Origin: Marsupella aquatica
Lineage: Eukaryota > Plantae > Marchantiophyta
Reading direction: 5' to 3'
NCBI GenBank assembly: GCA_973895155.1
Contig: OZ316893.1
Coordinates: 6,021,139-6,085,138, forward strand
DNA: 64,000 bases
How positions within the stretch are numbered: the stretch's first letter is position 1; each line of letters begins with the position of its first letter. Below are positions 21,350-35,800 of this stretch, piece after piece. Under the pieces are notes generated by a model. That model saw only the letters and a list, made by a program, of their open reading frames with translations, was not told the DNA's origin and ran no database searches. Made by a program: the position numbers and the translations under genes.

Positions 21350-24300
21350 ATGAGTGACTCGGGGGATATTGGAAGAATTGGCGTCGGTGGAGCTTCAGGA
21401 TCGCGATGGTCAGACGGTGAGTCTGAGGAGGAGCTACTACCATTTGAGGAGGAACTTGTAACACCGGTACGATCACCGGTGCGGGGTGCAGTGGAGGAAG
21501 TTGTACTACTACCAGAGCTGTCGATAGTAGGGAAGAAGAGGGAGATGGCTAGATTCGGAGGAGTGAAGTTTGAGGTGGAGAAGTACGATGGTTGTACTGA
21601 TTACTTGCTCTGGGAGAAGCAAGTGAAGGGTGTTCTACGGACCATGGGCTTAGCTCATCTGCTCTCTTCGCGAGAGCAGTATGATGGAGAGGAGGAGATT
21701 TTTGTGAGACAGTGGAGACAGGAGCAGGTGATTGCTGTCAACGCAGTGATGCTATATCTCAAGCCGCACATCATCAAGCAGCTGGATGATTATGCGGATT
21801 GTGCGTCACTGTTCAAGGCTCTAAGAGAGAAGTACTACCGGGAAGATGCGTCAGACCGGCTGTACAAGAAGTCTCTCTTGATGAGCCTCAGGCTCAAGGA
21901 AGGGAGCAAAATGCAGGATCACCTGGATGAGTTTGATAGTCTAGCAGTGGATCTATCAAACCTGGGGAAAGGAGTTGAAGATGAGGATAAGGCCTTGCTT
22001 CTGCTAAGCTCCTTACCGCCATCATATCAGGGCTTGAAACAGGTGCTCTTGTATAGAGATCTGAAGTCCATTTCATATAATGAGGTGGTGAACTCTTTAC
22101 TGTCTGATGATGCTCAGAAGAAGCTGGGTCAATCACAGACAGCATCTTCTTCTGGTATTGCGCTCAATGTGAACAGGGGAAGAGCAGCGCAGCGCACGAA
22201 TGGGCAGAACAGGTTTAGATCTACATCACGAGGGAGATCTAAATCCAGAGGGAAATTGCAAGCTAGAGAGGAAGCCTCTTGCATGTTGGAACTGTGGCAA
22301 GCCTAGCCACATGAAAAGGGATTGTCGAGTAAAGGTCCCTACTGCCTCTACTAACGCGGCATTGAGCTCGCATGAGGTAGATTTACTCGATGATGATGAC
22401 ATATTGTGATGTCAAGGTTATGCTCTCAATGTAGTGTCAAATCCAGGTAGTGATGACTGGATTCTAGATAGTGCATGTACTTTTCATATTTGCTCTAGGA
22501 GAGATTTTTTCAGTTCTTACACGGTTTCCAACGGGTCAGTGTTGATGGGAAATGGAATCCCATGTCAAGTTGTTGGACTTGGATCTGTAAGATTTCAGAT
22601 GTTTGATGGTGTTGTGAGAACGGTGAGGAATGTGAGACATATTCCCAGCATGATGAAATATTTCATTTCACTTAGAATTTTAGAAGCAAATGGCCATCAG
22701 TGGAGTTCTGCTAATGGTGTCCTTCAGGTTTCAACTGGTACTAAAGTTGTATTGAAGGGAAAGAGACATTGCAATCTATACGTTTTGGAGGGTAGTGTAG
22801 TCTGTGATGAAGCCAATGTAACCTTATCTCATGAGGAGACGGCCCAACTGTGGCACTTCCGTTTGGGTCACATGAGTGAAAAAGGTTTGGTTATTCTTCA
22901 GAAGAAAGGATTACTTTCTAATTTGCAATCTTGTAAGTTGGAATTTTGTGAGCACTGTGTGCTAGGGAAGCAGCACAGGAAACCCTTTGCAGTTGGAACT
23001 CACACCAGCAAGGAGGTACTTGAGTATAAACATAGTGATGTGTGGGGTCCAGCCCCTACTCCCTCACATTCTGGACGGTTATACTATGTCACGTTCATAG
23101 ACAATTACTCAAGGTATGTGTGGATATACTTTCTACACAATAAGTCTGATGTTTTGCCACTTTTAAGGAGTGGAAAGCCCAAGTTGAGAATCAGACTGGT
23201 AACAAGGTGAGATATCTTTGATCGGATAACGGCGGTGAATACAGTTTCAAGGAATTTGGAACGTATGGTAAGGAGCAGGGGATTACCCGCCATCTCACAA
23301 CAAGTTATACTCCTCAGCAGAATGGTGTCTCTGAGAGACTCAACCAAACACTATTGGACCGCTCGAGGAGTATGTTGAGTCAATCATGCTTACCACATGA
23401 GTTTTGGGCTGAAGGTGTCAACACTGCAGCTTATTTGGTAAATTTTTCTCCATCTAGTTCTATTGGATTCAAGACGCCATTTGAAATGAGATACGGGCGT
23501 CCAGCAGATTACTCACATCTGAGAATTTTTGGATGTGATGCTTATGTGCTTACACCTTCCCAACTTCAATCCAAGCTGGAGTCCAAGTCGAAGAAGTGCA
23601 TTTTCCTTGGCTATCAGAAAGGTGTGAAGGGTTATAGGTTATGGGATCCAGTAACCTGTAAACTAATTGTCAGTAGAGATGTGTCCTTTAATGAATCCAG
23701 ATCATCAAAGGAGGGGGAGAGTTCTCAAGACTCCCATACTGACAACTGAAGGGGAAATCTCCCATCCCGAACCGGGTTGAGGGGGAGATTAGTCATGATG
23801 TTGTTCATGACAGGAGAGATGGAGAAGCTTTGGGCTTGGAGCTGGTTCCTGTGATGGAACAAGAGGAGCAGATTGTTGCTGGGTACCTCAAATTCAACCA
23901 GCAGCAGCAACAGATCAGCTTGAGTCATCTACTAGAAGAACTTCCAGTCGTTCTACTAGAGCTCCTACCAGGTATGGTCAATGGGAAAACTCATCTAAGC
24001 TAGATGATATTGACATTGCACCTGATGAAGATGATATGGCTTTGATCTTGGAAGAAGGAGAGTCTTCTTCGTACAGTGAGGCTTGTGCTTCAGAGCAGAA
24101 GCATGAGTGGAATGCAGCAATGCAGAGAGAGTTGCAATCTTTGAGTGACAACAAGACATGGGAGCTGGTGGAGCTTCCAAGAGGTCAGCAAGTGGTGGAC
24201 AGCAAGTGGATTTACAAGTTGAAGGACAATCTTTCAGAGGGTGGAGACAAGATCTACAAGGCAAGGCTTGTTGCCAAGGAATTCACTCAGGAGAAAGGAG

Positions 24301-25631
24301 TGGATTACAATGAGGTCTTTTCACCGGTGGCTAAGTATTCCACAATTTGGATCTTGTGTCAGCTTGTTGTGTTTTTTGGTCTGGTGATGGATCAGATGGA
24401 TGTTGTTACTGCCTTTCTCTATGGCAACTTGGAAGAGTTGATCTTCATGAGATAGCCACTAGGCTTTATGAAGAAGGGCCAAGAGAACTTAGTTTGCAGA
24501 TTGCTCAAGTCCTTGTATGGATTGAAGCAGTCTCCCAGATAGTGGAACAAGCGGTTTGATGATTTCATGCTTGCTCAAGGTTTTACAAGGATGGTGTATG
24601 ATCCTTGTGTGTATATGAAATCAGTCAAGAATGATGTGTTTGGTTTCATCATTCTGGTTATTTATGTGGATGACATGCTGATTGTGGCTAAAGATCAATC
24701 TGAGGTTGATAGTCTCAAGGCAAAATTGAGTGTTGAATTCAGGATGAAGGATCTTGGTAAGGCCAAGAAGATCTTAGGCATGGAAATTTTTAGGAACTCT
24801 GAGACTGGACAGTTGTGCTTGAGTCAAGGCCAATATGCGAGGAAAGTACTTGCACGATTCAACATGGAGAACTGTAAGCCAGTGAGTATTCCTTTAGCTT
24901 CACATTTCAAGTTATCATCGGCTTTCTCTCCTACGGATGCTGTGGAGAAAGGTCTAATGGCTAAGATTCCTTATGAGAAGGCAGTAGGCAGTCTGATGTA
25001 CTTGATGACTTGTACTAGGCCTGACTTGGCCCTAGCGATGGGCAAGGTTAGCAGATTCATGTCAAATCCAGGGAAGGTACATTGGGAAGTTGTGAAATGG
25101 ATTCTCAGGTATCTCAAAAGTACACAGGACTATGGATTACTATTTGATAACAGATCAGATAGAACGTTAGTTGGCTATGTGGATTCTGACTATGGAGGCT
25201 GTCTGGATACAAGGAGGTCTACAACTGGGTTTGTATACACTCTTGGAGGAGGATGTATCAATTGGAAATTTACCTTGCAGAAGTGCATTTCTCAGTCTAC
25301 TACAGAAGCAGAGTATGTTGCAGCAACAGAAGCAACAAAGGAAGCAATTTGGTTGGATAAGTTGATTGCGGAGATGGGTTTAGAGCATGGCAAAATGACT
25401 CTAAACTGTGATAGTCAGAGTGCTCTTCACTTGGCTGCTAACCAGGTGATGGATAGCAGGGTGAAGCACATTGATATCAGGTACCATTTTATCAGGCAAG
25501 CAGTGTCTGATAAAACTTTTGAGCTAGTCAAGATTGATGGAAAGCTCAATCCCGCTGATGCCTTTACCAAAGTGATTCCTTTGGAGAGTTTCTCAAGACA
25601 CCGTGCTACTTTGCAAGTTTTGCAGTTGTAG
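21350..25631 (+). pseudogene. gag-pol: Copia gag-pol, disrupted by frameshifts and stops
   Basis: gag VEKYDG..YLLWEKQV and DKALLLLSSLPPSY, Zn knuckle CWNCGKPSHMKRDC, PR WILDSAC, INT LWHFRLGH/CEHC/HSDVWG, RT YKARLVAK/QMDVVTAFL/IYVDDM, RNase H YVDSD/EAEY/CDSQSA/NPADAFTK. Confidence 0.95.
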
Positions 25632-25838
25632 TACAAGTAGAGTTATTTAGCAATGTGTGACTATTTGTATATGGATTACTCATTCTTGTTTGGCTACGGC
25701 TTAGTTCTAGTTAACCCTTAGTTAACCCTTGTGGTTTTTAGGGGGAGACCTGGTTTGGTGATTGTCTAGAACTTCCCACTGAGGATTTCATATGGTAGCA
25801 TTTAGTCCAGTCCCCAAGACAAGAGTCAAGGGGGAGTT

Positions 25839-26182
25839 TGTTAGATATTGCTCTAGTCTTGTGACTCATGAGCTAACCACAATTAGTCTAATTCGAGTTA
25901 GGACTTAGCTAATGTTAGCGGTAGTGTTGTTGTGCATATAGCTAGGGCTGATGCCAGACCCTGGAGGAACTTAGGCTCATTGTTACGGAGCTAGTTGAGA
26001 GATAGGGAGAGCTTGTGCTGTGGATGTTTGGTATGGCCGGTCGGCCTAGAGTGCAATAAAGCTTTTATGTGTTCCCGTGGACGTAGCCTCATGTGGAGGT
26101 GAACCACGTATCTCTCTGTGCCGACTATTGTGCGTTGGATGGTTCATGGGCTTGCCGTTACGAATGTCGTCTATGCTCAACA
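25839..26182 (+). repeat. Copia 3' LTR
   Basis: Preceded by the PPT and followed by TSD GTTCT. Confidence 0.97.
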
Positions 26183-29100
26183 GTTCTGAGTGTCACTAGA
26201 GGTGCCTTAACACCACTTTTTGGGGGTTATGTGTGTAAACTATGTGTTCCCATAGTCTGTGGAATCCAAAAAAAATTATGTGTGTAACCAGAGGCCTCTC
26301 AACCCCACTTTTTTGGGGGGGGATGTGTGTTAAAAGGCTCGAATGAGTTTTGAACCCGGCACCTGAGGTGCCCCACTCTCGCCTCCTACCAGTAGTCCAC
26401 AGGCTGCAGAATGTTCAGATGCACCTTTTGTAGGTATTTATTTTTGTTCTGCAGGTATCGAACCTGCAACTACCAGCTATCGGCAGCCACCAACTAAAGG
26501 AGCAAGCGCAACGTGACAGTATTTAATGTGAATCCCGTGATTTATAGAAGGAAATGTCTTGTGTGCTCTGAGATTGTTTTTTGGCTAATTAAAGGATATG
26601 ATAAAACACAATATAAGTCCAATGATCATAAAACATTCCCTCCAAAAGTGTGCAAAAGTGAGTTTGTAAATGGACGCCCGCCATTTTTGGTGGGATTGAT
26701 TATTATAGTAGTAGATAATACTTTTCACTTTGTAAATTTGTTTTGTTTTGGTCTGGTTTGGGGCAAGAATGTATTTGTGGGCCATAAACTCTATGCCATC
26801 TTCTCACCTCAACACTCAAGCAAGAGCCATATTGGACTCAACCAGCCCCTCTCTATGGGCCGTAGTGTGTTGTTATCGGCCCAAGAATATTCCAATTATT
26901 AGGGCGTAAAACAATAATAAAAATCATAAGTTTTAGGGTATATTTGACCTAAGAAAGTTGCACGTGACATGGGGGTCTCCAAATAGTGAGACACCTGAGT
27001 TTTTGTATATTAGAATAAAGTAACACAAACCCCTTGCATTCTTGCAATACGTGAATCTGTGAAAAGGTACAAACTTTTCGTTTTTTTTTAATTTTTTAAC
27101 ATTACATTTACAGGCTGGCCTGTTGAGGAGCTCTTGTTTGTTGACTTCTTAACTGGTGGTAGTATGGTGGTAGTATGGTGGTAGTATAGTGGAAAGTGAA
27201 GAAAATAAATGTACGGTACACGTGGTGGCAATGCAGAGGTGCGGTCTCTGCACTCCTTTTTCGTTTGTCCCCTCCTTTTGCTTTTATGTAAGCCTTTTCT
27301 GTAAATTGGTACTTTAAGTTCCAGAGAACAAGGATGGAACAGAAAAGAAAAGACAAAGAGTAAAGTGAGTTTGGATTGGGGGAAACCAGTATGTGTGTCC
27401 AGCTTGTTCACCACATGTTTAGTGGATTTCATATGATATACATGCCCACGTCACGGGTTCCTGACATTGGTACCCACTGATCTTGGGTAGTTGAAATAGT
27501 GTTGGCTTGGTGGTTATGCAATATAATTATGGGTTAAATTTGAAGTTTAATTATTGTAATTAAGTTTGTAAGTGTGTCAAGGTTATTACAGAAAAACTGT
27601 AATTATAGTCATCATTGTCTCTAGAATATTGTAGTGATCTCTAGAAAAACCTAAATCTAGTCTGGCCTAATTAACCCAAAATTGGTCAATTGATTGAAAA
27701 ACTCTACTAAATTGTTTTGCAATTGTGAAATCATTCCATTGTTGTGCATGATCAAAGATGACAACTACTGGCTCATATTTTAAACTAAACCCCGGCTAAA
27801 GAATGTGCAGATTTGGGTCAGTACATAGTAGAGTTCCTCACCCATAATGCAAGCATTATGAGTTTAGCACCACTCTACTCTAGTACTTGAGGATACAGCT
27901 GTAAGTAAAGATGTTCAGTAGAATATGTGATCAAGAAGTCTACTTGCTATGTGCCCAGAACAAAATAATTTTCATCTAACTGGATAGCATTGCTTAAATA
28001 AGCACTCCTTCATATTTTAGTACACCAAATGTGAAACTCCTCAAGTAAAATAGAAATATTCTTTTAGCTATCCACCATGCAGAGATTAGTATCATTGTTT
28101 CTTTCACATGCATTTTGATGAGCTTTTGCATTGTTGTGAAGTGTCTCCAAGCAACACTGCAGGTTTAGGGTTCAGGGTTTAGCTACTATATCATAGTAGC
28201 TAAACTATCATATTACCACATTCGAATTTAAGATACCTAGGAGTTGGTCCAGAAGCAGGTTTTGTTTAATATGTGGAGTATCACACTTCTACCTCACAAG
28301 AAAAGCTCTTAAGAGTGTTGCCGACAAAGTGATTGGACAGGCTATTACTTCAAGCCAGCTGCCACAAAATTGAGACTCTTTTCATACCCAGATGCAGGCC
28401 TCGACAACTAATACTATAGTACAACCTGCTTTGAAGGTTCTTGTGTGCTTTAGTTGTGTTTACCGTACATAGTCATGTATAACCTTGCCATCCTGGCAAA
28501 TTATATGCCCTTGCCTGATTTTTGCAAATTTCAATAGCACAAGATGCAATTCCAAATCACCCACCTACCCCCTGACCTTACCACTTAGTTGTAGTTTTTC
28601 TTTTTGCCTCAAAAGATTGAATGTTTACAGAAGTACTTACTAGTAGTTACAGACCCCCACGACAAGTCTCTTGCAAAATCCTAGCACATCGCTGGCCACC
28701 CTAGCTTTTTCACTTTGGATCAGTGGAATGATATGCAATGGTTATATGCAATGTGGAGTTCCACAAACAAGCCACCCTTCTCTCACAGGAGGTTATCATG
28801 AAAAAACAAGTCATATCTGACTTATCTAAAGTAGCGCCCCATCTTGGCATTTCCAAGTCCCCATCAATTCAGAAACTATATACTATAATTGAAGCTCCAG
28901 ATGTGTTATATGTACACTAAGCTATTTTACAATCAGAATGGGGATAGTCCTCAACCTCAAAGATTTCTGAGGACTCTGGGTCTGTCTTATGACCCACTGC
29001 TTCCATCTCTCCACTGCGTTTAATCTTTTTCATTGGGCTCCAATCAAGGCTCCAAATATTTCAAATTGAAACTGAACTATCATCCAACCATCTTAGTTAG

Positions 29101-31530
29101 TGCAATAATAAATCAATTTTAAGTTTGGGCCAAACTAGAAAATGATTACGGGGACTTTGTGAAACCTCAAAAAAGTTTTGTGAAATCAAAGGCAGGAAGG
29201 ACCACCATGTTGGACAGAGTGCTCCCATGGACCACCTAATGTCCATGTCAATTTGGGGGCCATACCTTGATAATTAAGAGTCCTAAATAATGTTTTCATT
29301 TGCACGTGCAAGGCAACTAGAGAAGGAGACATGGCACAAGCCCAATATTTCATGTTCATACATTAATCTAATCAAATTTTCTTCTCCTCATTTTAAGATG
29401 AAGAACTCAACCAACATGCCCAAAATTTCACTGTGACTTTGATGGAAGTGTAGCTTACCTACTCCTCTAGCAGATCCCTAAAATTACAAAAAATTAAATT
29501 TATAAATATCAAATTAATACAATTAAACTTGAATTTTGAAAAATGTGTTCCAGGTGGGTTTCCAAGACAAACCTTGTCGTCCATGGGGCCTTCAAATTTA
29601 AGTTTTGTCATATAGGGATTATGAATATTATAAGCATGCCAAACACTCATAGGGTATCTCGTTTGTTTAAGTGCAAAATTGCAACAGAAGAAAATCTGAG
29701 CAAATAGGTGACTGTGCATGCCAAACTGTGTCTACGCATGTATGGGATGGGGCAGCAAGCAAAAGTATGTATGGCACTTCCAATGAAACAAGTTTAATCA
29801 TGCCTTGGCATGGCATGAGTACATGGAATGAATGCATGGGAATATTACTTTACGGATTGATTAGGCCTTGACACATCATGGATCCATACACATATACTTT
29901 TTATTTACAACACTTTATCCCCTATAGGCAATGGATACCTGACAGTGAGTAGTAAATACACATTGTGTGTATTTATACAACATCCACGCATGCATGCAAT
30001 CACACACGAGTGTTCACTTTTGTCCCACACACACACCTTCACACGTGCTCACACACGAAAATGATCTGGATGCTCCATTTAGGAAAATCTAATGGTTGAG
30101 GAATTATAGGATGATGTGGATTATTCACGGAATTTATAGATTTACCAAGGTCTCTACTGGACCCGTAAAAAAAGGTGGGTTGGGAACAACAAATTCAGCC
30201 ATGCAAGTTTGAGATTTACCCACTAATTAATTTTAATGTTTATTGAGCTTTATAGTCACTAATTAGTAAATTTGCTTGGTATGCTCATTGAAATAATGAG
30301 TTAAGGTCTAGCAGTGGGATGGTGTGGTAGGACATTTTGGCAGGAGTAGAATGCAATTATCACCTTTGACGGAGATGGGTTGTCACAAGATTCCGGAGTT
30401 GAGTTAGTCCTATCTCTTGGTTACCAACTGCAAATAATGCACAAACTCATTGGTGACAGGATACTAGGATACCTTCCAATCTCAGATCCGTAAAAGTCTA
30501 GTAGGATGTATGAACTTTCAATCGTCAATTGGGGCAGCCTCCGTTAGGGCCCAACATTGAGAATCTCAGTTCTCTTCGGTCTTCTCAGCACCCAGTTGTG
30601 TACGTGCCCTCCTTCCTCTGCTTTGTTGATCGGCGCACACTTCCTTGTGCTTGTAACTTTTCAGTTTCTCTCTTGCGTTCTGCGTCTCTTTCTCTATGGA
30701 GAGTAGTTTCTAAATGGACCTCAGTTATGTGTGATCTTTCTTGATGGCTCAGGCTTCTCACAGTTCTTCCCTGACCCTAGTGGTTACGAGAGGTCCTCTT
30801 GCATGAAGATGGTTGTTGAGTGAGTTTGGGTGCGATTCTGGATGTCCGTCGCTGCGGCTAGCGAGCACGTAGTACACCGTTGAATGTGAGTAAATCTATA
30901 AGTTCACGAAAGTTCTCCAAGATGGAAATTAATCTTATATGATATACCGTATGTAATGTAATGTAAGTCTCCAACAGTACATGGAAAGATAGACTCGGAT
31001 ACACGTAATGGACTTCTCGTGACATGTTGGACCTATCCATGAGTGGTGTTGCATGAGTGGCGATGCCTAAAACGATAATACAACTTTACGAACACATAGC
31101 ACCTACTCATGGCAACATGTGAACAGATAAAAATTTTGAAGCTGCTATATGGTGAATCCAACTCTCATGTTTTGTCTTATTCATATTTGTGTATCATGAA
31201 TTTTTATTTGAATGTACCTTAACAAGGGGCATCCTTTGTATCACATAGACTTTTAATTCATTTTTGGACCCCCTTTAAATTTTTAGTATTCTATAGTGTT
31301 TTGAATTTATTTTGGCAGCCCCCTTAATTTATATAGTTTGTAAACTTTGTTAAGTCCTAGAGAGAAACTAATGGCTTCATTTTCTACCGCTTTTAAGTAT
31401 ACTCATGAGTGAGAGGAATGATTCTAAGAAATGTCAGCACATCCTGTGTTAAGCTCCCCTTGTGGCTTTCTTTCCTAAGTTTATGGTTTTTATTAAATAA
31501 GAGTCATTAATAAAACACACTGAAATACGT

Positions 31531-31915
31531 GCACAACTTGAATAATCTTTGTGTATAAAATTATACTTTCCATTGGTCACTATGTGCTTTTATTGCATGT
31601 GCTTTGTTTATATTATTTGATTTCATTGTGCACAACTCGTAGCAACTTTGTGTAATAAAATTGTACTTTCTATTAGTCACTGTGCTTTTATTGCATGTAC
31701 TTTATTTATATTATTTGATTTCATTCACATTTAATAGTCTTACTCTTTAATTTTGTCCACTTAATATCACTACAAGACAAAAAGTAAAGCATGTTCCAGA
31801 CAAAAAGTAAAGCATGTTCCAGGATGAGCATGCTATATATATATAGCATGCTATATAGCAAATCATATGTGATGAGCATGCATATATAGCATGCTATATA
31901 GCAAATCATATGTGA
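31531..31915. repeat. Cluster of local tandem duplications (~100-bp, ~23-bp and ~48-bp units)
   Basis: gcacaact...ttatttgatttcatt x2; agacaaaaagtaaagcatgttcc x2; gatgagcatgc...tatagcaaatcatatgtga x2. Confidence 0.8.
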
Positions 31916-32855
31916 GCATTCATTGGCCGTTAAATGGCTCGAAACTTGTTTTTATCTTCTGTGCGAATCTTGAACACATAAGGTAACTCAGTACCCTACC
32001 AGACTCCTCAATCCTTTTCAGTTGCACTTCCTGGTCTCTCAGGTGGGGTTCCCTCTCCACTTTTCCCTTACATTTTAATAAGCACTCAGTTTTTATTAAT
32101 TGGTGACATCGGACTCGGATTCACCGTCATTCGACGTTGCGGTGTCAATATGTGATTCAAAACGTTTGCCTATCCACCCACAGAACTTACCAAGAATGTC
32201 AGTGAGGGTTATTCCATCCGTGAGTAAACATGACTTCATCTTCTGTTACCTCGGTTGCTCTGGTCGAGGCTTGCATGTGGAGGCAAGTTCTCAGTTGAAG
32301 ACTATTTTGCACACAGAAAAACAGATTGCCTTAGTCAAGTTGTCCAAATATCCATTCTGGTTGTTTGTTCCTGACAAGTACAACGAGTTCATTCAGTGGA
32401 GATGTACACAAGCGAAAGGATGGGCACAGCTGGTGCGCAAAGGTTTCCCAAGGCCTTCGACCATTTGGAATTTAGCGATTATGTCTTTCCTCGAATATCT
32501 AATTATTACACTCGGGTTTCAGATTACTCGTAACCCAATTATATGGAACATGGCGGCCTTTTGCGTGCTAATTATATACAGACACTCTCTTCCACAATCT
32601 GTCGATGCCAACTAATTTGGCGACCCGGTGAAGAAAGGGGAAAATGTCCAACAAATCGACTAAATCAGGCAGCACTTTCCTCCAAAATGCGGAAACCGCA
32701 GAGTCTGAAGCCGACATTTCCAATTGAAGGGCCACAGCTCTTTGATTTTGCCCGACCCCTTCGCTGCTGGTGTTTTCTGTCTGCCAGAAGTCCCCACCTG
32801 TGTCATTGGTTAGAAAGTCACATTTAGAATGTAAAAGGATCTTAACCATTATCCT

Positions 32856-35800
32856 GTCACTTGTGGACACTATCTCCTGCCTACAGGTTGGCATGTCATT
32901 AGTATAATTAGTTGAATGTACGGACAATAAACTGTGCACTCATTCACATCATTGCTGCTTACCAAAACCAAAGGTGAAAGATCTTGACCTAGCTAACAGC
33001 TCTAACCAATTTCAGCAGCAGTTGCAACACTATTTGTCCCTTGTAATAGAAGAAACACCAAACCTAGAACCATAACCATCTTGATGGACAGAAACTATAC
33101 CTTCATAAAGTCCGGCATCACTTGCTTTAAATTCAGTGCACTGTACTTTCATCCTCACTGCTCTAATCACTCCGAGCAAAATCCGATTGACCTGTCATTC
33201 CCACCAGCTACTACTTAAATGAACGGTCCCAAAGTATTAGGTTGAGGAATATGGTTATTCAAGATGACCCAATTTTGACAGGACAGAAATAGAGGTGTAC
33301 CTAAGAGTTAGTCATATGCCTTCAATCAGTATATGTTATCCACATTCCCCACCCTGAGAGGGAGCTGGCTGGACTTATAAAGGTGCCAGTGAAACAAATA
33401 GAACATCTTCTATATCCACTCACAGGCAAAGAAATAACCAACTCCCCAAAACGTAGGATACACCTCTCCCTTGCCACTCAGTAACATGGCACGAAGGACC
33501 ACTCGACTCTTAAGACTCATTTTCTTGTCCTTACAAGGAACGAAATATCTTATGTATGGCAGAGATCTATTTCACATAAAATAATGGAAACGATACACAA
33601 ACCTCATCGGTATTCTGATGCATTACAAGGTGGCCGCCATGCAATTCAATCATACGTGAAACTGGGTCCAGCTTCTTGGCAAGACTGCGCGCATGCTCGA
33701 CTTGGGCAATGACATCCCCCCTATTTCGAAGCAGATCCAACGTCAGCGAGAATCAGCGGGCGACTACAGCTAATACAGGTGATTAACAAGATTGAGACAT
33801 CCAAACAAAGACCTTACTCACACCGTAGAAAACAGGGAACAACAATCAAGGTATGTAGACAAGAGATTACAAATAGAGAGTATCAAATAAGAAACTGGTG
33901 GATGCAAACTAATAATAGGTACTTACTACCAACGTTTGGGTCTACGCGTGAAGTCTATCTGATGTATCCTTGAAGCCTACCGCACATCAAATTCAGCACA
34001 AAGAAACGCCCAGCGAGGTGGAATAATAAATAATACCTGCCGTGTACCACAGCGACTATAATACCAGCAGATCGAATTGTAGCAAGCTCGTCTGAGCTTA
34101 AACTGTGATTCCAACACGCTGAGGCTTGCCCTTCTAGCCCATATCTTGGTTGCATCCCTCCATGCAAAATGTTCCTCACGTACTCCTGGGTACAACCAAA
34201 TTTCCTAAAGTAAGGCAACAAAGTCCACAATCACAGAACCCCGACTATCAAATTAGCAATCCTAATGGTGTCCTCATCAAAGGCCATCTCCCCCGCCACC
34301 TCCCTAGTTACTGGGATGTAACCTACGAACATTGGCGACAAGCGCCAAGGTGGTGACCAGCAGAGTTACCACCAAGTGTCCGCCTTTGTGAATCGAGGCT
34401 CCAGAACCAGTCTTAGAGACGCACTAAGTTTTGCACCTACTCCTTCAACTTGTCACCTGCCTTGACCTTGTACTGTACACCAGATGCGGAAAATGACAAA
34501 GCACACCCTACACCGTCAGTTAAATGAAATGCAAACAATCAAAAAAAGGACAACAGACTGTGGCAGCTTACCTTGAACAGCAGTGCCCTTCTGTTTGTCT
34601 CACCCACAGCTGCTTCCAAATAGTCCTGTCCAATGAAGAAAGAAACTCTACATGTCAACAACACAAGATAGAACTGTCCTCTCAGAGCACTGCGTTAATC
34701 TCAGAATTTGATGCTCCATGAAAGGAATAGAAGACATCGCAGTGTCCCTTACTATAAGCTAGCAGGCAGTTAACTTCCCCCTGACCAACAAATAAATTCA
34801 AATTTCATAGCGAAAACCTTAAGAGTAGCATGACAACACGAAAGTTTCAATCTACAGCTGCTCTATTCTGAGTACTCACATCAGTGTAATGAGTCTCCAA
34901 GTCAACAGCAGACCTTTCCTCCGGGGTCTTTGCACGATAAATTCTGTAAAGGATTGAAATTGATCGTCGATTGAGCTGCACATACACCAACCAAAAGGCT
35001 TTCAACAGCGTCCTTCAGCATTTCAACCATGCCTAGCCTGCCAGACACTGATCATTAAGGGCCTTGGCTAGTCAAAAACAGGATTTTTCAGCCATGCACA
35101 TTGACCTTCTGAGTACCGACCTGCACTTAATTTACATTTCCCTCCCACGCTTCAAAGATTCTGCACTGTTATTTTCTGGTGAAGTTTTTAGGAAGAAATT
35201 CATGTGACATTGTTTCAACTGTTCATAAGGACCTTGTCCGACAAATTAATAATCCCCAAACAAACTACACTCCATCCAAGCCAACAGATCTTCCCAGAGG
35301 AAGTACCAAACAAGCATGCGCCTTCCTGATCAGACGTTAACGTAAGCTTAGTTCTTTCGAACTTAGTGCTTGAGTGCGTCAACACAAAGAGTCGCTACCT
35401 TTGGTAAACATTGGTAGCCTCCTCCAGTGACACCTATCAGTGTCAGAGAAGACAAACGGCGGGGTGCCACAGCCGCGAGCTTACATGCGATCATACCACC
35501 TGCGAATTCGTGACAATCCGAAGGCAAACTACTCAGTCTTTGTCTCAGTCAGGTTAGCCACGGCTACTGGAAGTGCCAAGTATAGGTCGGAAAGCACGAT
35601 CAGACCACCCAATCACGCATGAAAGGACAATAGCACATACCCATGGAATGCCCACAAACGTGAGCTTTCTCCCAGCCTAGGTGATCCAGCAGTGCCAGAG
35701 CATCCAGCGCCATCGTTTTGGTCCTGAATCGAGAAGGAACAACCAGCAATCAGCTACAACAGGATGCCCCCTTTCAAAAACTTTGCAACAATGGGAAAGC

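Larger units (their letters stand above)
6856..26182 (+). mobile_element. Ty1/copia LTR retrotransposon (Tnt1/Tork-like), defective, carrying a nested gypsy element
   Basis: 344-bp LTRs TGTTAG...TCAACA at 6856-7199 and 25839-26182. TSD GTTCT (6851-6855, 26183-26187). PBS TGGTATCAGAGC. PPT aagagtcaagggggag. Domain order gag-PR-INT-RT-RH. Confidence 0.97.
4982..26715 (-). mobile_element. Non-autonomous Helitron (~2.4 kb of own sequence) interrupted by nested LTR retrotransposons
   Basis: On the minus strand the 5' end reads A|TCTACTACTATAATAA at 26715 and the 3' end reads TGCACGGGCATTGGGCTAG|T at 4982. This fits an A-T target with no TSD. Internal tandem arrays are present. Only one arm of the 3' hairpin is evident, and pairing of the two ends is inferred. 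Confidence 0.6.

Noticed and set aside
27600-29100. Possible decayed transposase or protease fragments
   Set aside because: No diagnostic motif could be read in any frame.
32100-32615. 171-aa + strand ORF
   Set aside because: Non-ATG start, no motifs, and it lies antisense to the probable hydrolase 3' UTR.
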